Source of the DNA: Intoshia linei
Lineage: Eukaryota > Animalia > Orthonectida
Direction of reading: 5' to 3'
Assembly: GCA_001642005.1 (NCBI GenBank)
Contig: LWCA01000273.1
Location: 1 to 34,998, forward strand
Length of the DNA stretch: 34,998 bases
Below, one piece after another: positions 1 through 12,508 of the stretch; the first letter of the stretch is position 1; each line of letters starts with the position of its first letter. The translations under genes were made by a program, and so were the position numbers. Below the pieces are notes generated by a model. It was not told the origin of the DNA, did no database searches, and saw nothing but the letters and a program-made list of their open reading frames with translations.

Positions 1-2
1 AA

Positions 3-111
3 TCTATATAATTCATTCCTTCGAAATTTTTTTTATTGCTATGCAATTTTTAAAAATATGCCTTAGCAGATCTACGTGCTGTTTGTACGTAGTACATAAC
101 AGTTAACCTAG
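3..111 (+). mobile_element. Non-autonomous Helitron 3' end (possibly a complete ~109 bp mini-element)
   Basis: Hairpin CTGTTTGTAC-GTA-GTACATAACAG followed by TTAACCTAG|T, near-identical to the 3' ends at 6055-6087 and (minus) 17039-17075. A|TCTATATA at position 3 resembles a Helitron 5' end but is at the window edge. Confidence 0.7.
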
Positions 112-572
112 TTATATTATATCGCAGATAGCAGAAAATATTACTGACTCACAATGATAGGTTTAATAATTCTCAGTGCGGGTGCGGGTCTCAGCACTGG
201 CAGAATACACAATGACCGCTACCTTTATGGTCAAATACATTCAATTAGATAGTTCTTTATAATCTTTATCGATTTAGGTTAAAAGGTTACAACAATTTTT
301 AAAGTGAATAAATTAATCAACGTCCCAAATAAATCATTTATCATGATGACCTCTTTTTATTTTATAAGTATTTAAAGTGCTGTGCAACAAAATATGCAGG
401 TATTTTATTTTTTTAAACAAAAGTAATGTATTATTGGGTATTTTTTAATTTTGACTTGGAAATTACTTCATACGTATCATATGGAATTCTGATGCATTTT
501 CTTATCTATTTGAAAGACATTTTGATAGAAAAATTATCAGTCAAAATAAATGTTAACAATCCAAGTAAAATT

Positions 573-1288
573 TTATTTCAAAGACAAGTAACGTAATGTT
601 ATATAAGATGAACCAATTCCAGTGATTTTATACGTGTCTTTAGAGTATTTATTCAATAGCTTTTCTGATACATTACAAGATATCTAAATTTAGTTACACA
701 CAATTTATACAATGAACAACAAATGTACTCACAAGGTGTCGCGTAGATCTCTGTAAGGGAGTAAATGAGGCAAAAATATTTTATATTTTTTAACGGCAGT
801 GTAATGGTTAATATATGTAATATAGGCCATGTAAAATTTTCATTTTAATGGAATATTGAAAAGGCATCAAAAAATAAATAAAAATTATGAAATTGTGACC
901 ACTTGAGCACATTATAATGATACAAATAGTCGTATGAGACTAGGCATAAAAAAGCATTAATTATTAAAAATCCTACTTTTTTAATAATTTCATTTACATT
1001 TGGTATATTGGATTTTTTGGAATAAATTATAATTTTAATCAACTTATTTTTATCGAGCCAATTATCGATTTGATTCAATTTTCGATTCAATTGAATTTCG
1101 TCACTTTGAATGTTTATTTTCAATTGTTTAATTTTCAGTTGATGAGAATTCAAAAGAGGTTGAGGAATTGAATCTGTATTTGTGTTATTTGAAATTTTTG
1201 TACTAGACAAAAGTCTAGGTAAAGTAAAATTGCAAGCATAGACTTGCATAATTTTTTGAAAATTTACAAGTTTCATATTTATATCCAT
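573..1288 (-). CDS. Mitochondrial translation initiation factor IF3-like protein (~140 aa, 2 exons: 1288-977, 683-573)
   Basis: KQLKINIQSDEIQLNRKLNQIDNWLDKNKLIKIII resembles the IF3 C-terminal domain. N-terminus has a presequence-like RLLSS. Phase-0 intron 976-684 (GTAGGA...TTTAG) joins an open 36-aa last exon ending in TAA. Confidence 0.5.
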
Positions 1289-1500
1289 TGTAAACTGAAC
1301 TTGACTAATTGAAACTTTATTTTACAATGAAATGTAAATTATGAAAAAGGCAGAATTTCTGTAAATGACTCTTATGGCGTTACAGTTGTGAAATTTCAAA
1401 AAATAATTTGAAAATTGTAAATATACAAATTAATCAAATATTTACTCAGAAATAAATTTCTATCAAAAATTTATAAACCTATTTTTTATTCTTTTCTAGA

Positions 1501-3914
1501 ATGTCTAATTTTGGATACCAAATTGATATCATCAATAAAAAAATTTTCGAATTACGAAATAAAAGTATTTGATTAATTTAAATTATTGATTTAATTGTTA
1601 AATCGCTTATATTTTAGCTACAATTCTAGAAAATTATCATAAAAAATTGGCTAGTAATAGAAAAACTTCTACAATAGATTCAATGTAATAATTTTTAATT
1701 TGATCAAAGTTACAAATTGCATTTGTGTTATTATTTGATCAATCAATAATTTATAGCAGCGGTTCCATACTTTACAGTTGGTATCCCTATACTGAAAAAA
1801 ATATAATTTGGTACCCATAATAATTTAAATTTAGTGTAACTATGACACCGCATCAATTATAAAAAATTTTTTTTTAAAATGTTAAAACTCTACTTGACCG
1901 AAAATGGATATCTGAAACACTTTAATGATTGAACTGACGAAATAGTGATGTACAATGTACATATATTTAACATCCAACCTCAAAATCGCAGAGACTATCA
2001 AATAGACGTAAATACATAAGGAACTAATTATATTATTACAAATTAATTTTTATTTTTTGTTACTTTTGGGAATTTAAAAAATATCTATAATTTATGAGTC
2101 ATAGTATCAGACAAGCTGGTACCCAAAATAATTTCTGGTACCCCTTAGGGGTCCCAGTACTCTATTTTGGAACGACTGGTGTATAGGCATGAATCCTTGA
2201 TATGTATTGCACATGTCATTACAAAATATACCCAATTACTCAAGAATTATATAAAACTGATGAAATCAATTAAATGAAATTACTTAAATTAATTACCTAA
2301 TAATTATATATAATAAATTAAATTTGTTGATATAAAAATATAGACACCAAGTCGAAAATAGTTGCAATGAAATAGTGAGCAACGTTTTGTATTTATTTCA
2401 GCAATTAAAGAAAAACTTTATATTTGACAAATACCAAACAGGAGAATATGAGAAATTAAAAGAAAATTACAAAACAGTCATTCAAAATTACACAATATTA
2501 CAGAATGTAACAATAATTTAAAATTATCATAATTTTATATTATTAGCAAATATTAAACAACCTCAAAACCAACAATGAGAATTTCGCTGAATGGGTAATT
2601 TTATTATTCCAGGGTAACAAATCACAACATGGATACGTAACCAGGACTTAATGGTGAATTGCTTCGGTCAATAGAATTATAAACATAAAATACATGTATA
2701 CATGGTCAAATACTTATATAACCCCATAAATGATATTAGGCCTAGATCAGTGTTTCCCAACCTTTTTTATGCTAGGCCCCACTTTTACTCTTAAAAAAAT
2801 CCCAGGCCCCACTGATAAAAAATAAACGCGAATTATTATAAAATAATGATAAAAACAATAATGTATTTATTTTTTAGAATTAATGACACAATTGAGCCTG
2901 ACCATTCTGACAGAGTTTATTAATATTAGGTACTAATGTAAGTTTTAATCGTAAATCTCCCCTTTTTGAAATTTGTAGTCTATTTATTTTTTTGTCAGTA
3001 ATCTAAAACTGCCTAAACTCGCATTTTGCTAAATAAGAGGATGGAAATGGCAACAAACCAATCCTATCAAAAGTAGTTTAAAAGTCAGATAATTTTGGTA
3101 TTTTGCAGATACTGATCAATTTAGTTAAATTTGAATTTAATAGCCCACAATAATTAAAGATATATAAATTTGTTTTTTGTTATTCTAATAATTTAATAAT
3201 ACAATCAATTGTTTCAAAGATCACATGACCACTTATAAACCTGAGAATATTGTATAAAATTAACAATAAATTAATTTAAAGCTTCATAATCCTATAAATG
3301 TGTAATATTTCCCAGGCCCCACCAAAAATTTCGTCATGCCCCACGGTTGGGAAACACTAGCCTAGATACTTTCATTATTTTGAATAAAATTAAAAATAAA
3401 TTTGATAATACTCTATTTATGACAGAATGACAACGACAATGATAGTAGCCCATTAATCAATGGTAACCCCTTTAAAAAGGATATGAAACAACAAACTATC
3501 CAACAATTTAAAGATGAAGATGCAGCCATCAAACGATTGGAGGTAAAATTAAAAAAATTTAAATGGAAATGCTAAAACGTAAATATTTAGTCCGACGTGT
3601 TGATAATAAACGACATATTTGTAAATTTAAACAAAGTTGTGAATGAACAAGGAATAGTCATTGATACAATTGAAGATAACATTGTATCAACTCATATACA
3701 AACGGAAAAAGCCAACGAAGATTTAACTGAAGCAGCTATTAGTAAAGTAATCTAATCAAAATTGATTAAATTAAAAACTAATTTAAAATCCGATTTCGAT
3801 AAGTTAAAATATACAATTTAGGAAAAAACAAGACGCAACAAATTAATTATCACAGTAGTGTTATCCTTATTTGCATTAATACTTGTTTTAATATTATATT
3901 TTGCATTAAGATGA
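1501..3914 (+). CDS. Syntaxin-7/12-type Qa-SNARE (7 exons)
   Basis: Spliced translation gives a Habc-like N-terminus, the SNARE motif AIKRLESDVLIINDIFVNLNKVVNEQGIVIDTIEDNI with the central Q layer, and a C-terminal anchor LIITVVLSLFALILVLILYFALR*. Introns are GT-AG with consistent phases. Confidence 0.88.
1757..2178. mobile_element. hAT-type MITE in syntaxin intron 2
   Basis: Imperfect TIRs CAGCGGTTCCA / TGGAACGACTG. Flanks ATTTATAG / GTGTATAG (6/8 TSD match). Confidence 0.7.
2748..3359 (-). mobile_element. Internally deleted hAT (Buster/Charlie-type) element in a syntaxin intron
   Basis: TIR CAGTGTTTCCCAACC / GGTTGGGAAACACTA with perfect 8-bp TSD GCCTAGAT. Minus strand 2880-3060 reads LLPFPSSYLAKCEF...KINRLQISKRGDLRLKLTLVPNINKLCQNGQAQLCH*, a hAT transposase C-terminus. 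Confidence 0.9.
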
Positions 3915-3953
3915 TGATTATAATAAAATTTGGTAAGGTTATATTGGTTGCGG

Positions 3954-6900
3954 CTAATAGATTCCATCTTTTTCCACAATATCTGAAAAATAGTCCAATA
4001 CATCTGAAACTGTAAAATCGAGTTTGATGTCTCCGTAGCATAGATTTAAAAGTTTTTGATAATTGTCATATTGTTTTAAAAAACAATGCTGTACTTCTAG
4101 CCAAACAACCTTAAAATAGAATTTACGTTGTACAATACTTGTCTTTAAAAATTACATTAGCCAAACGTATCACGGATAAATGCTTTCGAACTTTTCGATA
4201 TATTCTAGCTAGTGATTCTTTCACCTAGTCTTAAATATTTACATTTTTCATAGTATTACAATTCTTCCAGGATACTGTACAATAATTTTTTTTAATTCAT
4301 TTTTACTAAATGCAATTTTAAACATGACTTCTGATGGAGGTACGCCAGTGTCCAATAGACTATCGATTCCTTCACAAAATAGCTAAAAATGGTTAATCAA
4401 AAATCAAAAAACTATACCCCCAATCTTTCAATAGGCCTTCCCAACATGTGTTTCACATATTCAGTTAAATAAATTTGACTTTTTTGATGAGCATCGCGTT
4501 GATCCTCCTTCAGACAGTCCAAATTTACACATTGAATTACGTCTAAACAAATGTATCAAGACCCATGCCAGCGTTTCCCAAATGCCGGTTCGCAGACCAG
4601 TACTAGTCCATCAAAAACTTTTATTAATTAGTCAATTCATTACATTTTTATCAAAATATCGTTGCCTAATAATTTCGATTTAATGATCCACGATAAATTT
4701 TATAATTTATTACCGGTTCGCCGTGAAAAAATTGTGGGAACCCCTGTCTTTGTAATCATTTAAATTTTAAAATAGTTATTTAAATGTTAAACAATAATAC
4801 ACTTTAAATTACCGGATAGAAGGTAAAAGTTTTCTAAAAACAAATTAATAAACTAGCCCATAAAAATTACCGTAACACACCAAAGAAGGGTACACCTTTG
4901 AAGATTCATTGGACAATTTTATAATTGACACGCTCATTATTTTATAAAGTTTAGAATAAAGCTTGTCAAATTTTTTTCTGTGTTCCAATTCTCTCAACAA
5001 TTCTTCAATGTAGTGTATATAATTCTAATACTAAAAGTAAATGTCAAAAATTTTCAAAGTTACCTCGAAATTTTTAACAAATGGAAAAATACCAAAAACC
5101 TTTTTGGAAGGTTTATAATCAATAACGTTTCGACATTCAGATTCCTATTAAAATAAAAATGTGTATTCAATATGTCAATAAATTTTCATGGAACATGTAA
5201 AAATTACAATTAAATTTTCCATATTTTCATCCAATCGATGCAAGCAATTGTTCAATATAATTATGAGAAATTCAGAATCGTTTCTTTTGACTATCGACTT
5301 TTGTAGAATCGAATGCATTAACACTGTGTTACTAAAATAAAATATGAATAAATTGCGAACCAGATTCACCAGACACTAGTTAAAACTGTATTGGACCGTA
5401 ACACGTAACAATGTATGTGGTATACGTTAAAATTAACCATGGTAACTCGGTTCCCCCATTTGAAAAAAAAAGTTTTACCAACCCAGAGTTGTCATGTATA
5501 CTAACGTAAAAAATACAATCTGGAAAGTGAATGACCATAATCACAGAGAGCTTTTAATTCACTTTCTAAATTTTCAAATAATGCAAAAAGTAATTTTCTA
5601 AAATATAAGTAAATAAATTTAAAATATAAATAAACCGAGTCAATAAAATCTTTTTCTTGTATTCATTAGTATCCTAAAACATGATAATACAAACAATAAA
5701 ATCAAAAACCTTAATTTCTTTATCATTCATATTCAAATCAGGATAAATATTGAAATAATTGACCACAAAGATTTCTTCTTGGCGTGTAACAACTTTTATA
5801 AAACTTATTGCAGAAGAAAAAACCTAAACTGTATATTAATCAACACAATAAATCAATTAGCGACTCAACGCGATACGGAAAAATCACTATTACTAAAGGT
5901 GAGCTCCATAAAATGATATTCTTACTTATATAATATGGTTTTTTTGTGTGTGTTATCGTTTATTTCAACAACTACTAGTCTTAGAATTTTATAAAGTCCA
6001 CATTTTAATTACAGTTTTTCCGGGGTTTTAGCAAAATATGCTATCGGCAAAGTACTGTTTGTACGTAGTACATAACAGTTAACCTAGTTTAAATATATAA
6101 TACATGTGTACTAAAAAGTGATGTAGAGAGTGTTAAACGGTTACCTCACCTAAATCAATATTATCTACATACCAATGCATTCCATTAGTTTCAAAAAATC
6201 TTAAGTTACATCTGCACTGCGGTTCAATTTCACATTAAATTTCACTAATGGGTATTGAAACTAAACTATCTAAATCTATAAATAATCAATTCGAAAAGTG
6301 AAATAATATTAGCTTTTTGCATGCTATTATACATTTACGAAATATCAAAAATATTGCATTTTTTTTAATTAGGCACACCTACAAACCTTTAATAATAATT
6401 TAAACACAATAGTTTTCGCCAAACTGAACGTCTCCGTAATCAATGTTATTTTAAATATGGTAAAACTAAGATAAACCCTCGGTATATCCTACTCATATAT
6501 AGTTATGTATACAAATCGTATACTAAAATTCAGTATCCTTGAGCACCCTCGTAGAGTTTTCAAATTTTGTTAAAATTTTGTATTTTAAGTTAATTTAACA
6601 AAACGAAACTTTCTAGCTAATGGCCCATAAGAAATTCAAAAATATTGAAATTGTGTCCACCCTATTGTACAAGTTTTAATTAATTGTGCGTTATAATTTT
6701 AAAATGAATCATTTCAGTTTCAGAAATTTTAACTCGTAACATTTACAAATGTATACGATTGATGTGTAAACAGACAGATTTCAATGATTACAATTTTATT
6801 TTCGTTTCGTATAATTAAAGACCTCTACGCCTTAATAAACAATAGAGACATGGACATCAGAAGTAAAATTTAAATTACACGAAGTTGGACTACGACTTTT

Positions 6901-9779
6901 ATATACAAGCGACACGGTTATAACAAAACAGAAAAACTCTGAAACTCAACTTTTACAAAACTAGATAAACACTCCCGTACTAACCATTAGGATGGTGGTA
7001 GCTAAACTATTTATTAGTAACCATATCTGTAGTAGTATAAACAATAAAAAAAATGATGTCATTGATTAACGATAATAGGATGTAGAATACTATTCCATAT
7101 TTCACTTTGACACTCTGTAAACTCTGCCTCATAGTTAAAATTGTTTTTACAAACCATTGAAGGAAATTCTTAGACAAAATTGACCTAAAACAGGGGTGTC
7201 AGACTCAATTTGCTTGGCGGGCCAAATGTGGAAAAAAATTATTACGCGGGCCACAAAAAAAAATCTTTACTTAAAAAATTATGTTAAAACTAACAGATTT
7301 AATTAATTTATAATAATTTTAATTCATAAAATGAAATATGAAATAATAATTAAACCATAATTGGGGGCAGCAAATGGCCCGAGGCCCGCATAATTGACAC
7401 CCCTGACCTAGAAAAATCTACTTTTATCAATTATTAAAAGAAAATTATAATTTACCCAAAAGTAAGGTACAAATCCCATGTTCATGTATATCATGCCTTT
7501 AGTGAAAAATCCAATCTGGTAAAAATTTATTTAAATTTTTGAATATCAAATATTTTAAGACAACTTAAACGGTAAACCCAGACACGTGGAAAGGTGGCTA
7601 TGGGATATTTTTGTTTTTCTGTGGGCCTTGAATATGAACAAAAAATGTTGGAAGCGGGTTGATGTATCATCACATTTTAATTAAAAATGACAAATAAAAT
7701 CGACAAACTCGACGACAATGTAAAAAATGTAATTTTTTAAATTATTGGCAAGATCAATTTTGACGTTAAAAACTAAAAATTTACCTGATCGAAATCGATT
7801 GCATCATCTTCCATATAATCAGAAGTTTTAGAGCTACCATCTTGGGAAATGTCCGATTTGGAATTTATATTCATAATATTAACTAAAATATAGTTTATAC
7901 TAAGTTTTCACAATTTAAAATTTAAACAATTTAAAAATGCAGCATCGAAAATAAAAATTAAAAATCTTGACACACATAATAAAGAACATTTAAATTTTCG
8001 TGCACTCGTGTGCCAATGATGAACCATATAATGTATTATTGTCCCAAAAGGGTACACGACAGTACTCGCAATGGATTCAAGCATTAAAATTAATATTTAG
8101 TAATAGGCTTTCTTTTAGTATTGGTAAAAATTATGAACCGACTTTTTAAAATTCTTACAGGATCTTAATTGCTAGGGGAGGTATTTCCAGTAGTATAGTA
8201 CATTTTTACACTCTGGATAAATATTTCAATATTTTCATCTCCCTCCTAAATCCTATATTCCCTGATTAACAAAGAATTCACATTCCTACAACCGGAATTA
8301 AATAATTTTCAATATTGCATTTGAAAATTCAGAAAGACTGCCTGAAATCAAAAAATTATACAAGCACTTAAAAAAACAAACCTTTTTTATGATTTTTGAG
8401 TAAACGAGATCTGAGAGTTTTAAAGTACTGAGAAATGTAATTTTCGTACAATTTACTAAATTTTTGTATATATACCTAAAAAAATATTAAAAACAATAGA
8501 AACAAAAACGAAAAAACCTTACATTTTTTAAATTATGTGCGTTAGATTCTGAAATACTATACAACCAAACCATAAATGGAATAAAATGCTCCAATTGTTC
8601 ATTGAGCCCAATAGAAATAATGACGGAAGGATTTAGAGAAATTTCTAAATTCCTCTTATTAACAATATCATTAAAGATGCTATGAATATATTGAACAAAA
8701 CGTTCGATGAAAACTTTTTTCAAACTTTCAAGGTAATTAATTTGATTTTTATAAGCATACAAATGCTTAATATTGGGATCAATTTCAGCATTTTTTAAAA
8801 TATTTGTTAGTTTCTTAATAGCCTTATAAGATTTATTCAAAACTTGTTCATCAGTAGACAGTGCAAGATTTTCAATAGTTTTGATATTTTCGTCTCCAAT
8901 ATTATAAACATTTATAAACATCTCCAAAACATCACGTAATTTCATAAAATTTTTGTTTTGTAAATTTAGTATATAATCCTTATCTTTTGCAGATTCCATT
9001 AAATCTTGAACAGCCATAAGTTTTTTGTCAAAAACATCCAATTTATCTTCAATGTTATTGACAATATCGAGACCATTGTCAATTAACTTCATAATTTCAC
9101 CAATACGATTTTCGGATTCAATAATGGTGTGAATATTTTCACCGTCCAAGTCATCCAATTGTTGTTTTAAATGAATTGAAAAAGTGTCGACGTTTTTAAT
9201 GGACAAGTCGTACTTGTTCATAATGTCAATTATGTTTGAAGCTTCTTCGCTAAGCAGAGAATCTGTGCGATTTTCACTTTCGCTAAGGTTGTATCGTGTC
9301 TGGATTTTATCGTCATTGTTTTCTGTTCTAAATTCATGAGGAATGCTTCGTTTTTCGTCAAATATTGATAGTGGCATGTTATAAAATTCTGGCATTTTAT
9401 CCAGAGTTCGACAGCATAGTTGATACAAATTTGCCAAGTAATCACGCTTTTTTGTTTCATCTTCACAGTGCACCGATAAATTTTGATTGTTAATAAATTC
9501 AAAACTTATTCCAACTTTATCTGATGTGTTGTCACTACCTTCGATTGATATTATTGATGACAGGTTCCATTCGTCTTTTTGTTTGTATGTATTTGATTTT
9601 GAAGCATATTTTAACATTGATATTCTTACCAAGTGCACGTTCATGTTTGAAACAGACATGCATAGCATATATTTTGAGTATTTACGATTACTTGTTTTTG
9701 ATACACGGATAGCACTTATTAGTCGCTCTTTTAATGGGTAGAAAAATTCTCGTTGGAGTATAGATTTTACTGTAGTCAT
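3954..9779 (-). CDS. EXOC1: Exocyst complex component 1 (Sec3), ~14 exons, ~840 aa
   Basis: Exon 1 (9779-8523) has a Sec3 N-terminal PH-like region and coiled coil (LDDLDGENIHTIIESE). Later exons give GIFPFVKNFE, ENFYLL, LGRPIERL..FCEGI, FSKNELKKII.QYPG, YRKVRKHL and VVW...F..QY...CY....LDF, matching the EXOC1 C-terminus. Stop TAG at 3956-3954. Confidence 0.93.
4569..4746. mobile_element. hAT-type MITE (family shared with 30239-30415)
   Basis: TIRs CAGCGTTTCCCA / TGGGAACCCCTG. Colinear with the reverse complement of 30239-30415. TSD not preserved. Confidence 0.75.
5919..6087 (+). mobile_element. Internally deleted non-autonomous Helitron (169 bp) in an EXOC1 intron
   Basis: 5' TTCTTACTTATATAATATG...TGTGTGTGTTA matches the family 5' end. 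3' hairpin plus CTAG|T present. Internal part of the 633-bp copy is missing. Confidence 0.85.
6815..7030 (+). pseudogene. Possible decayed non-LTR retrotransposon APE-endonuclease fragment
   Basis: Broken frames give LYAL..IETW and SRTNH*DGG..IY, reminiscent of the APE motifs I.ETW and DR...GGGV.IY. Very degraded. Confidence 0.22.
7191..7405. mobile_element. hAT (Charlie-like) MITE in an EXOC1 intron
   Basis: TIR CAGGGGTGTCA / TGACACCCCTG, internal GCGGGCC repeats, TSD ACCTAAAA / ACCTAGAA. Confidence 0.88.
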
Positions 9780-9851
9780 ATTTTGGATTAATCTGATTTC
9801 AACTTTAATTTATATACATTATATGATGATATTTACATCAGTATTTGTTTA

Positions 9852-10530
9852 TCCTTTATTCATATAAAATTGAATGTCTGTGTGTTACCATTTATTTAAA
9901 ATGCAGAATTTCTAATACAGTTTTTCCCAGAGCGTTTTTATATCTTTTTTTTAGTTTCCGAATTACAGTCCTTCCGGGTCAAAAACCCAATTTTTCCATT
10001 TGTTTAAAAAATAAAATAAATCATTCCAAAAAATTAATAAAACATACATTCTGAGACGCGTTTTAAAATCATTAACATTGTCGTAAATCTCAGCCTCAGA
10101 AACGCATGCGTTCATGGTCAAAACTACAAATTATACTTTGTTTTAAAAATAAAACATGTCCTAAAATTTTATAAAACATAAATTCTTGGATAGTTTTTAA
10201 AATCTTAAGCATTACAATAAATGGCCACCTCAAAAAAGTTGATTTTCATGACTAAAACCACAGATTGTTTTTTTTTTTAAAAATGAGAATAGTCTAGAAT
10301 TTTAAACAAAATATATCTAATAGTTATATCTAGTGAACACACACAAAAAATTCCATTTAAAAAAGCACTTTACAATACTTTTTTTTATATCAAAACTACA
10401 AACTGTATTTTATTAAAACGAAAATTTTGAAATAATTAACGGTCCTACAATTAAAAAAAGAAAGATTATTCTGATACAGCTTATTCCATTGATATAAATA
10501 CAAACTATCTACACATTCCCGGTAAAAAGT
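9852..10530 (+). mobile_element. Older, diverged copy of the Helitron family between EXOC1 and STARD10 (3' end lost)
   Basis: A|TCCTTTATTCATATAA...TGTGTGTTACC 5' end, then blocks colinear with the reverse complement of 17039-17671, e.g. CTAAAACCACA, ACACACACAAAAAATT, AATTAACGGT, TTCTGATACAGCTTATTCCATTGATATAAATACAAA. Confidence 0.72.
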
Positions 10531-10934
10531 AATTTTTAATACATTAACAAAACTTTTTTAAAACCCTCTTATTTCAACCATAAATTACTAAAGCTTAAGG
10601 GAATTATCCTCTTTTTCCAATATTATTTTAAAAAATATTATAAAAATTTAAAATTAATAAATTTTTTTCTAATTAAATTTGTAAATTTCAATCTATATTC
10701 GTGTTATTTCATTAATTAAATTTCTTTTTATTTCTAAAATTAATTAAGGTCTCTAAAATTTTTATTTTTCCTTTGTATCGACTTGTATCACCAAATCACC
10801 TGTATTTTTTAAATTATCCACAGTAACATGTAAAAACATGAACATTATGATAAAGGTAAAGTTTAAACAAGATTTTGTTTAAATTAAATAAAACATGTTG
10901 TAATTTATATACAAACAGATTGAAAAGTTTATTC

Positions 10935-12508
10935 ATGGATTCTGATTATGAAGATGACATTAGACTCCCAGATAAACAAGAAATTGAAGATTTCATTAAA
11001 TCATTTTACAATAACATTGGTTGGAATCTAAAATATAACAAAAATGATATTCAAATTTACACTATTGTGGACGAAAAGTCTGATTTAAAAAAAATTAAAG
11101 TAATTTTTTGATTTATACCCGATGGAGTATTTGGTATCATATTTTTATGGCGAAAGTAATTTTAGATGATTCAATTGACAGTTACGTATCATGAATAATG
11201 ATAATTATACTGTGACTTGCGTTTGATTATAATATACTATAGTTGTTTGTTGATGTTGAAAGTAATACTTTGTTAGATATTGTATAATGACGTGTATGTA
11301 TTGATTTTATCTTTATTTATTTACCTTGCGGTTTTTTTGTAGTTTCTTAGATGTTAAATTATTAATCTATATTTTTTTTACTTTTCTTTATAAAATTTTT
11401 AAATCATAATCTAAAATCAATAACGTGAGGTGGTAAAAATTATTTTACATTTTTTTCAATGTATAATATATTAGGTGAAAAAATATAAATAAAAGACAAT
11501 ATGAATCAAAGTAGACTTTTTACATGTATGTGTTGACATTTTAATTTGTCTATTTTAGAGCAAAACAACAATTAAAAATTTTTCAAAAGATGTTATGTTT
11601 GATGTATTGATGGATAATGATTTTAGAATAAAATGGGACAAGAATCTCGTCAAATCTAAAGACTGCTTTAGTATTGATAAAAATAATGATATCGGATACT
11701 TTGAAGGTATATTTTCTTTTCTGCTTTTAAAACATTCCAATACATTTAGTTAAAAGTCCTATACCGTTCAAAAATAGAGACTTTGTAGTTCATCGATCAC
11801 ATAAATCTTTTGAAGACGAATTTGTTATAATTACAAAATCTATATCACATAAAGTGAGTTTTATTAATTGTACATTGTACTATTTATATACTACAATAAC
11901 GATACTGGGATGTTGGTTTTGGGTGAAATTTAAGATATGAATACCCTTTAGTGAGTTCATATGCCGGATTTACTCATTATTTTCATATATAACTATAATT
12001 TTGTGATTCTATTTAGAAAATACCTTATAAACGTGACGTTATACGTGGAATCTCTTTATTAAGCGGGTATTTTTGTACAGAGAAGCAAGCCCCCGAGAAT
12101 GCAATAATTTTATACAGCATAGCCCATGTTCATCCCATGGGAAACATTCCAAGTTGGTTAATTAATTCAGTTTCCACTATACTGCTACCTGAATATATTA
12201 ATAGGCTTATTACAAAAGGTTTTTAATTTTAGATTTATATAATTTACTTCATTGTAGCTCGTTGTTACACCAAATGGAAATACAAACATTGTCCAGAAGT
12301 AAAACCTTGGTTACATTTTGATCAATCTCTGTTACCAAATGTAGATATGGAAGATGTTTCACTACCAAAATATTTTAAAAATAAAGAAAATATTACTAAA
12401 AACACGTCTCAATCAACTATCTCGGATGAATCTATTGATGGTTTAGCCGATACTGATAGTGCTCATATGAAATTTATAGAAAAATATAAGACTGAAAATT
12501 TTAATTAA
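10935..12508 (+). CDS. STARD10: START-domain lipid transfer protein, STARD10/PCTP-like (5 coding exons)
   Basis: IRLPD...GWNLKY...LKKIK, FDVLMD..FR.KWD, DIGYF, P.PFKNRDFV..RS, IRGISLLSGY, PMGNIPSWLIN and Y.KWK.KH.P..KPWL are STARD10-type motifs. Splice phases consistent. Confidence 0.88.

Noticed and set aside
2187-2277. Possible syntaxin exon starting at the MITE TSD
   Set aside because: Runs into TGA without a good donor; the exon at 2344 fits phase and homology better.
2375-2401. Apparent 27-bp intron GTGAGC...TTTCAG in syntaxin
   Set aside because: In frame with no stop, and read-through (VSNVLYLFQ) fits the Habc helix length, so treated as exon.
3818-4041. Short minus-strand track ORFs of 61 and 63 aa
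   Set aside because: Alternative frames over the EXOC1 last exon and antisense to syntaxin.
9230-10054. Track ORFs at 9230, 9487, 9524 and 9845
   Set aside because: Shadow frames of EXOC1 exon 1 or chance ORFs in the old Helitron.
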